A DNA stretch of 63,404 bases, counting the filler, from Choristocarpus tenellus KU-1152 (taxonomy: Eukaryota > Protista > Phaeophyceae), in NCBI GenBank assembly GCA_964200185.2. It is 12 parts of 12 records of this genome, joined end to end, with 100 filler letters (N's around TTAATTAATTAA, not from the genome) between each part and the next. Parts side by side here need not be neighbours in the genome. Positions count along the whole stretch, not along the records: positions 49,792 to 54,773 come from CAXNAD020012285.1; positions 54,874 to 57,482 come from CAXNAD020026310.1; positions 57,583 to 60,402 come from CAXNAD020024477.1; positions 60,503 to 63,404 come from CAXNAD020023779.1; 8 more parts are not named here. The stretch is one strand, 5' to 3'. Every line of letters starts with the position of its first letter. Position 1 is the stretch's first letter. Shown here piece after piece: positions 54,730 to 63,404 of this stretch. Under the pieces are notes generated by a model. It saw only the letters and a program-made list of their open reading frames with translations. It had not been told where the DNA came from and did no database searches. The position numbers were made by a program, and so were the translations under genes.

Positions 54730-57582
54730 GTTTGAGAGAGTAGAACAGGGGGGGGGGAGAATTATAGTACATGNNNNNNNNNNNNNNNNNNNNNNNNNNN
54801 NNNNNNNNNNNNNNNNNTTAATTAATTAANNNNNNNNNNNNNNNNNNNNNNNNNNNNNNNNNNNNNNNNNNNNCCCCCCCCCCCCCTTTTGACTTGGATG
54901 CCCATTCTTCCTTTCACCTTCCTTACTTCATCTACAACTTGTTCAACCCATCAAGGAATTAATCGAGTCATTTACATACACAAGTCTTGGAAACAACAAC
55001 TTCTTTAACAACGGCACTGTATACTCTCCAGAATAATTGGTATGTTGGTTGTGTGTTGGCAGCAAGGGTAGGTACGAGGTTAGGGTTTCTGGAGATGTAT
55101 CAATATGCCGGAGCTTTGGTGCTTTCTGGTCATATGTACTGGGAGATGGATCTGCACAATGCTTCAAAGTACTGTACTGTGGGATCCCTTGCCCGGTCAA
55201 TCAATCGATCTTTAGTGGCACCCCTTTCCTGATATCTGAGGCATCCTCAAACCAGTAAACCTTCATTCTAACGAACCTACCTACCTCACGTCCTCCACTA
55301 ATGCTGTGCAGGTGGGTTTGGCTTTTGTTTCTTGTATGGTATATGCAACCTCTATGTCATCACGCTTGCACTCTGCTCCTTGTCAAGGGTGAAGAAGGCT
55401 CAAGTGTCAGTCTCCAACGGTGACACAGGGATGCCCACAGCCGTGAATGATGTCTGGGGCATAAATGGAGGGAGTGGGGGTGGGAGTTTGGAAAATGGTC
55501 AGTCCGAGTGGGAGGATATTGTGACAGGCGGAAAGATAGAGGGTAAGAGAGAGACAAACACAAATATGCACATCACGATATGATGGTTCTAGTGACTCTC
55601 AAGTTACGGTGCAGCTTGGTGCTGTGTGGAGATACTAGGGTACTCGTGGATCTTGAAAGGCCGGGAGACGAGGGGCTTTTGAGTGTTGCACACGCAGGAT
55701 TTGCCCTAATTACATGTAGTGTGAGGTTGTGTAATGAGTTGGCACCCCACAATAGTGTGTTGGTTTATGACTTTTAATAGCAGCCTATGCTCTGCTTTTT
55801 CTGGTAAGGTATGTTGTGTTCTCCACCGCCGTAGCTATTGGGAGGAGGTGGCAGAATAGTCCACAATTGTTGACATCGGCCACTAGTATTTTTACTAGTC
55901 TTGGTATTTTTTACAAGTGTGGTTGGCATCTCTTCAGTGATTTTTCCGTTAGTAGTTGGTTGTTCTACCCCCTTTCGATCATTTAGTTGTTGTTGCTCCA
56001 CAAGATTTGACTGAGAGAAGATTGCTCAATCAAACCTGCTATTCCACCTTGCTTGACGAATCTCTCTATCTCTCTTATTTTTGGTACTGACTCTGTTAGG
56101 TTCAGGGTCAGCATGATCGTTTTTGGTGATCCTTTGTGGATCTCCTCTCTCTCTCCTGTCAGATTCCTTGACGAATCCCCCCAGTGTAGCAAGTACGCCT
56201 TTTTATTGTTGGGGGGAAGGTATTTGTTGGGTCCCGCTTAGTGTTTATTGAAGGGTGAAGGCGATGCAAAGTAATGAAATAATCTGAGTCCTGGAATTAC
56301 TCCATGGTTTCTAATTAAGCCTTGTCATTATATATGAAATCATACTGCAAGCCACACTATTTCTGCAACAAGAGCATGTGCATCCTCGAGGGTCTTCCAA
56401 GATGTAGATCTCTGTGCAAGAGTAATCCTACATTGATTGGAGAATGGGCACACCAACCAAAAAATGTGTAAATGAAGCATCTTGTCGGTGGTGCTAAGTG
56501 GACAAATACTGAAGGCCTATAGCACATTACCTCTTTCGACCTGAGCAGTAGAGTCAATACAAGAGAGATACCAGAGGTTTTTGTGTGAGCAGTGAGGGTC
56601 AAATGGGAAGTGCATTAACTTCTGACCCATAAAGTCACAATGATACCATCAATAACACCTCCCTATCCTATACAGTACTTCATTATCCTACCCTGCAGTT
56701 TAAACGTTGAGAGTTTGAAATTTCAGCACTCGGCAGAATATCATGGAAACTTGTGATGACCTCATTTCAATACTCTAGTGAAGAATAGATGGAATGTCTT
56801 AGTATAATTGCAAGTATCATCAATATTTTTTAAATGTCATCTCCCTCCTTTTACCTGCAGTACACCTATTCTGTGGACCAACGACCACTGCTACATCCAA
56901 GGCATTGGATTCACGGAGCCCTTCGTCTTAATACAGTTGCCTTTTAAATAGGACAGTGTAAAACCTTGTGGAAAGCACAAGATACTTCAGCACACTACTA
57001 TACTGTAAGCCGAGGGAAAGGAGTTGATGGACTCACTATTAGACAGGCAGTTTGGATCATGGCACACCAGATCAGGAACAACAGGATCCTTCCTTGAGTT
57101 TGTAGGAGTTTCCAAACCGAGCTTTCCACCCTTCCTTGCTGATGAAGTACCTCATAGTGCCCATGGCGAAAGTAGGTGTATACTTCCTTAATGACTTTGG
57201 GAAGAATACCACCCTGGGGTCCCACCAGGGTGTTGCCACCCCCTTCACTAAAATAGACCTGCAGATCACACAAAAGGAAGAATCAGGAGGGGATGGGGTG
57301 GAGATGATGGTAAGGCCAATGTGTGCGACGTATTGCCCTAAATACTATCAAAAACATTCTGGACACACTCACCTCCGGCGCGCCCTCTTCTCTAACCCTC
57401 CTCATTGTTGTGATGTTGAGGCCCGATGCCCATCCCATCACTCAGAGGTAGGCGGCATCTCTGCCATAAATGTTGTCCCGTCNNNNNNNNNNNNNNNNNN
57501 NNNNNNNNNNNNNNNNNNNNNNNNNNTTAATTAATTAANNNNNNNNNNNNNNNNNNNNNNNNNNNNNNNNNNNNNNNNNNNN

Positions 57583-57676
57583 GTCGGAGTTGAAATTTCA
57601 ACAAAAAAAAGGGTTTTTTGGCCGAAACGGGCCCCCCCCCACAACCCCCCCCCCCCCCCCCAAGATACTTTGACCC
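57583..57676. mobile_element. MITE family A, partial at contig start (similar remnant at 49792-49875)
   Basis: poly-C + caagatactttgac terminus. Confidence 0.65.
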
Positions 57677-59424
57677 AAAAATGATATATGCCAGGGCACA
57701 AGCGCAATGTCACATCTGATTCCGTGAAACCACTTTGGTACAAGAAGAAATATTGCTGTACTCTGAGGGTGGGAACAGGCAGCCGAGATGTTTCGTTATG
57801 TGGAGCAGGTCCTGTGTACTAGTCTTGACCCCACAACCCGAACCCTTACGGGATTCCAAGTATGAAATGGAGACATTTCGACGCAGGTAGAATTGGAGGA
57901 AGTTCTAAGAATTGAGAAGGAAGAGCAAAGATCACAGGAGGCAGAGGAAATAGTCCAGTGAAGTTTGAGAGGTGGCAGCCCTCGCATAAAAGACACCAGA
58001 GGTTTGTAAGAGCTTCCCTTGCAATGCATGTGGGGCGTTCAGCTGGTGGTGGGATATTGGGACAGATTATCAGGTCGAAATAATTTTTCCGCGCCTGAAC
58101 CTTGCCAGCCGCACTTTCTCAATTCCTGTCTTCTTGACAAGCACACATGTTCTCAACCGCTGGGAATATTGCAACGTCAAAACGGAGCAGGCTTGACCCA
58201 GATGATGAGCAGCAGGTTGTCTCCCTTCGCAGCACCTGGATGAAGGTGGATACATGGGAGGCTGCCAAGAAAGGCAACAGAAAGGATTCCGCCTGGAGAC
58301 TGAAGCAACAATATGTAGCCACACATACATAACTACAAAAAAGACAAATGTGCAACAAATGCTGAGTACAAAATATCTGATTCCATGATGTCAACTTGAC
58401 AATTCATCAGTCCCTTCTTCGTCCGCAAAAACACATGTAAATGTCTCTCAGACATCACATCAAACTCCAAATAGCAGCAGTGGGAGAAAAGAGCATGGAA
58501 AAGAAAAAATACAAATTATCCCCGTCCCTCACCAATTGGAGGACATTTTTCTCACGGAAGTGCACTATTCAACTATCTTCGAGTTTATTGAGATTTTTAT
58601 AGCCAATATATATATTAACAGTTTGTTTGAATTCACAACACTAGAACCTACACCTGTAACTTAGTATGTTGGGCTAAACCACTAGAAAGGGACGCGTGGA
58701 GAGATCTGGATTGTGATGGCAAATATTCGTTCCGATGGAAAGGAGTACGTTCGAAGAGACTCTCCCAACTGTATCGGAGATAACTAGTAGTAAACATGTA
58801 GATTACGTGTACAAGAGTTATAAGTTGGTAAACCACATTTGTTATATGAACGGATGGACAGGAAGCAGCAGTATTGACCATGGTGCTTTAAGGTTGTATA
58901 GTTGCCCCCTCTGCTTGAAATAATCACTCCTCTAAAACATTTGACGTTATCCCTTTTATTTTCACTCCTATCCGTACATGAGTCAGGGGATACTTAAACA
59001 GCGTACGCACTAGATTCGAGGGAGGAGGGGTGGTTCGACGTTTGAACCCTACAAGTGCAAAAATGAAGGCCTGGACGGGGAGTGGAATTAGTTGACAGGG
59101 TATTTCTTTGGGTAGCGTAGGGCAAAAGAAAAAATGCTGCCATCTGACCACCCGTCAACAGGCTAGGTAGAGTAGAAGTAGTGGAGAAGCTTGAGGCTTA
59201 AGGAGAACAATAACTGATGATGGTGCTACTGGTACTGCTGATATTAGTTGGGGATTCAGAAAAGCTTGAAATTGTTTTTGCCAATGTAGTCAAGTGCTCT
59301 ATGACAGGACCTCAGGTCTCTCACTTGAGCATAAGACTTGAATGCTCAAGCAGAAGCACTTGGAGTTCCGTTATAGGCTGTATTGCGTGGACACTCCGCC
59401 AGTCTCGTTAACTGAAGCACTGCT

Positions 59425-59681
59425 GAGTGAAAGTATCTTAGAGGGTACGGATTTTGCCCTGTTTGTCCATTTGGGGCTTGGCTTCCCATGGGGTTTTTTA
59501 TGACTTTTTCCTACTCCAAAATGTTTCGGAGTAGATGAAATGTATATGTTATGAAAAGGTGTGTCTGAAACACAGATATTGACACTTCCTAGCAAACATG
59601 ATAGCCAAAATTACATCAAAATCACAACATTATATTTCAACCCCCAAATGGAGGCAGCTCTACCTCTAAGATACTTGGCTC
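59425..59681. mobile_element. MITE family B
   Basis: Full TIRs; 4-bp flank duplication tgct/tgct. Confidence 0.92.
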
Positions 59682-62600
59682 TGCTACCATTACCATAACT
59701 TCTCCATAGCATAGGTTTACGCAAATGTGAACGCATTGGTCATATCCTATCTTACAAAGATGCTCTTATGAAGATCGTGTGTGACAGTATTGAGGCAAAG
59801 GTGCACAAGTGGGGGCTTCTATTTGCTGAGTCAGTTGCTTGCATAGAGAATGAACGACATTCCAATATGTTGATGTCTGGGAAGATTGCAGTTGAAAATG
59901 GAAGCAACGTCTATAGGAGAACTGATAGACATAGCTCCAAGATAACCCTAACAAGTTTGAGGTTGGAGTTGAGGGTTAGAGGGTTTAGGACACTCACCAA
60001 CAACAGGAGTGGTATGATTGCGTGGTTGACCGCAGAACAAATTTCACTACTGAATGATATTACTTTACGGAACAGCAAAGCAGCAACTATGGTTGCCCAA
60101 GCCACCAAAAACCACCACAATCACCGTCTGCTGAGTTGCTGTTTTTTTCACGGCTGATTCTCTTGCATCCTTCATCCATTTTTCTTTTTTCTTCCCCTTA
60201 ATTGTTTTTGGGTGATGAGGGTGTTTTTCTCCTGGGGCTTCTATTGTTACTTTTCTCTTTTTTTCTTTCTTTCTTTGCTTTCCACACTATGATTTGTTTT
60301 CTTGCTGCCAAGGTTCAAAAACAGAAATAGAAATGGGCAGTTGTGGAAAGCATGTTTGTCTGTTATTATACCATATTGCTCGTATGCCATATACCGTTAT
60401 ACNNNNNNNNNNNNNNNNNNNNNNNNNNNNNNNNNNNNNNNNNNNNTTAATTAATTAANNNNNNNNNNNNNNNNNNNNNNNNNNNNNNNNNNNNNNNNNN
60501 NNGGGGGCAAGTATGGGCAAACCTTTTTGTAGTGTGGTATATTTGCGGAGATGGTTAGGGTTAGGGTATAGGTGTGTGTATCAAAATGATAATCTTTTTT
60601 TTTTTTTAGAGTTAAAGTTACGGTTGCCTGTCTGAAGTGTGTGATGATCGCTACCTGTACCTCTTTTTGCCTTTCTGTTCTCAATTTTGTGGGGGGGGGG
60701 AGGAGGCAGAGGATCATTAGGGTTATATAGGGTATATAGGTGCATGCATATATATATATATTTTTTTTTAATGATCAGATTTCTATTTTTGTTAGGGTTG
60801 GGGTTGGGGTTGGGGTTGCCTGTCCAAAGTATGTGCTGATCACTACCTGTACCTATTTTTGTCTCTCTGTTCTCATTTTTTTTGGGATTGGGTTCGGGGC
60901 GGGGGCGGGAAGGGCCGTTAGAGCGTGGCAGTCCATCGTTGTCAACTCCAGGGGGAGGAGGGCGCAGGAGCAAGGGTAAAAAAAGCTCACCTTTGGGGTG
61001 GTAAAGGGCGACAGAGGAATGCCCTGGAGTGGAGGTAGCATGGGTGATGGAAGGGTTGCCGTTGATAATGGCTGGGTGTACAGGGACTCTTTCACATACT
61101 GTTTAGGAGTATGCAACTGCTTGTTTGGAGGTCAATTTGCATAGGCGTTATTATCCCGTGTGTCTTGTACAATATGTTGCAGAGTCTACATCTCTATTGT
61201 TGGGTCATTGTGAGCGGAAGAGAATAGACTATCTATGTATCATATATGCTGTACGTGGTTTTGTTCCCCTTGTATGAGCTATCTATATACATATATACGT
61301 ACACATATACATATATATATATATATATATATGCATTTTGATTTTTTTTTCTGGCACTGAATCTCTCTCCCCCCCCCCCTCCTGTCTTTTTTTATTTTCT
61401 AAATTTTGAATTTTACACAAAAAAAGAAGGAAAAGATATACGGTAGAAGAGATCGTATTGTGTACTGTTGTTATTAGAACTCCTGCATTAGGATGCCGTG
61501 ACGGATATCTTTGTGTGCTTTGTGAGTCCTCTCATGTAACAAAAATCGTGTATCTCCTCTCATGTATCTCACACCCCTCCGGCCTTCCCGCATCTCCTCT
61601 CTGGTGGGAAGAGGGTTGCGTATCCCCTGAGCACACGAGTGCTTGATGCAATAGTTGGTATTGCCAAGTAGTATGTCCCTTGTTGTCAGGTAGGAGGCCA
61701 CGTGTTGAAGCGAGTCCATCTACATCGTAACCTGCGATAAGAATGGACATCGTTTTTTGTGTCTCTACATATTCAATTCTTTTACTTTGTTACTGTTGCA
61801 GTGAAACTTGTGTAATAATAATAATAATAATAATATTAATATTGATGTTGTGGAACCGGCTTGAGTTCTGTGTGATGAGGGGTGATGAAGATTACCAGAG
61901 ACGGGATTCAGAAGAGAGGTGAGCAATGGGGGCTCAGGGTCAGAAGAGTAAGGGCTGTGACCTTGAGAGCAGTGTGTTTCTCAGTCCCCAGTTTTGATTG
62001 GATGCAACCAGTAAGAAAAGAAAACAATCCCCAGATTTGCTGTTTGACTACTGTACTACTTACTGGACATATCCATGTCATGGTGAGCCAGTTGTGCATT
62101 TGACGCATATCTCACCTCCAATGGCCACAAGGGGAAAATGTGGAAATAGCGTCTGCTTGTGGTCTCTCACGGAAATGTCCAGGGGATTACAAATGGAACC
62201 TGTCCCTGGCAGTGATAACAACAAAGACCTACACTTGTTTGTTTTTTTTAAGTTCAATGGATACAGACTTCGCAGTGAGAAATGTGAGATGGGTGTAGAA
62301 AGGAAAAACTATTGTGAAGTATTAATATTTTTTTAAGAAGGGGAAGATAACTGGAAGTATGCATGCCCGAGGTCAAAAAGAGGTACAATATCCAAGGGGG
62401 AAAGTGAAACTGTAGATAATCATTTTGAGGAGGGTGGCCCCAGTGAATAATGAACCCAACACCTGTGTGAGGTCATCACTCGAAAGTTGAGACAACTTGC
62501 ACATAATAGGGCTGGAAGAAGAGGTACTGTGCACAAAGAATGTGTTGTTGTGTAACACACACATAACACATGTGAAAAGAAGAACGATGGTTCATGATTG

Positions 62601-62689
62601 TAATGATTTGTGTGAGAGAAGATGTGGTGAATTAGCCTAAAGAGGGATATATTTGTTTATTTTTTTTGTGAAATAATATCTTTGCATTG

Positions 62690-62868
62690 AACAGCCGATT
62701 TCAAAAATTGAGGATGGGCTTGACCCAAAATTGACTGGGATAAAGTGTCGATATGAATTTTTTTTTAATGCATTGATGATGATTGATGATGACAAAAAAA
62801 AACATATCGACACTTTATCCCAGTCAATTTTGGGTCAAGCCCATCCTCAATTATTGAAATCGGCTGTT
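62690..62868. mobile_element. Foldback MITE family C (~65-bp near-perfect TIRs)
   Basis: aacagccgatttcaa...gtgtcgatatg / catatcgacac...ttgaaatcggctgtt; flank duplication attg/attg. Confidence 0.85.
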
Positions 62869-63213
62869 ATTGGAGGGGGTACACAACAGAAAATAGGCGC
62901 AACTTGGTTGTTTCAGTCCAAACACAGTTTAGAAGGCCTGGAAACACTCTCTCCCTAGAGTCGAACTAGGACCTGAACCTGTAACACCGCTTTTGGACTG
63001 AAAAGCGAGTCGTGCAACTTCCGGGATATACGAAACTCTTCTGAAAAAGAGCTATTAAGACCACGTTTTCTTTGACGGAAGTATGAAATTCTGATTGACT
63101 GTCACGTGATGAAAGACTTAACTGTTGATAGGCCACACAAACGTCTTTTCATTCATGCGCTCTCGTGTGTTGCCCATTCCCCAAAACCAGGGTTGCTCAA
63201 ACGCCCAAAATAG

Positions 63214-63404
63214 GGCTTAAGGTATCTGAGGGGGGGTGGCGGCTCTCCGTTTGGGGTCAATTTTTTCATGTCGCGATTTTTGGATGATTTGGTTGCATAC
63301 GTCCGATGGGTAATGTAAATGCACTTTTCCTAATTTTTCTCCAAATGGACACCCTGGTGTAGAACCCCCTCCCCCCCCCCCCCCCCCCCCCCCGCCCTCC
63401 ACTG
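63214..63404. mobile_element. MITE family A, running into poly-C at window end
   Basis: ggcttaaggtatctgagggggg plus A internal sequence. Confidence 0.85.

Noticed and set aside
55389-55543. Isolated exon-like segment (VKKAQVSVSNGD...GGKIE)
   Set aside because: Plausible AG/GT bounds but no partner exons or recognisable domain on this short contig.
56998-57273. Possible Gypsy integrase zinc-finger remnant (PKSLRK / HGHY across frames)
   Set aside because: Too short and degenerate to support without a profile search.
60900-62530. Minus-strand exon candidates
   Set aside because: Could not be joined into a phase-consistent, recognisable product.
1-63404. Functional gene cluster (SPT5, ORC3, kinesin, IF-3, RCC1, NO66)
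   Set aside because: The genes lie mostly on separate concatenated contigs, so adjacency is not evidence of linkage.

Overview
Eukaryotic, intron-rich nuclear DNA, most plausibly from a brown alga or related stramenopile. This is inferred from TTAGGG-type repeats, long repeat-filled introns and the sulfotransferase and copia types. The window is not one locus. It is about 12 short contigs joined by an artificial N-run/TTAATTAATTAA/N-run linker, so gene neighbourhoods across linkers mean nothing. By joining exons at phase-compatible splice sites I reconstructed partial genes for SPT5 (C-terminal CTR-like and KOW region), a PAPS-dependent sulfotransferase, ORC3 (C-terminal winged helix), a kinesin-9/KIF9-like motor (12 exons), an organellar IF-3, an RCC1-repeat protein and NO66/RIOX1 (JmjC), plus a few unidentified exon sets. 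Introns and intergenic DNA hold decayed Ty1/copia gag and integrase fragments and about 25 copies of three internally different MITE families (A, B, E). These three share one 11-bp terminus (5'-GRSYSAAAGTA) and show mixed 3-/4-bp target duplications. There are also a Stowaway-like MITE, a long-TIR foldback MITE, minisatellites and many very short interstitial telomeric repeats. One of these repeats has demonstrably arisen inside a MITE terminus. No prokaryotic-type system (CRISPR, operon) is supported.
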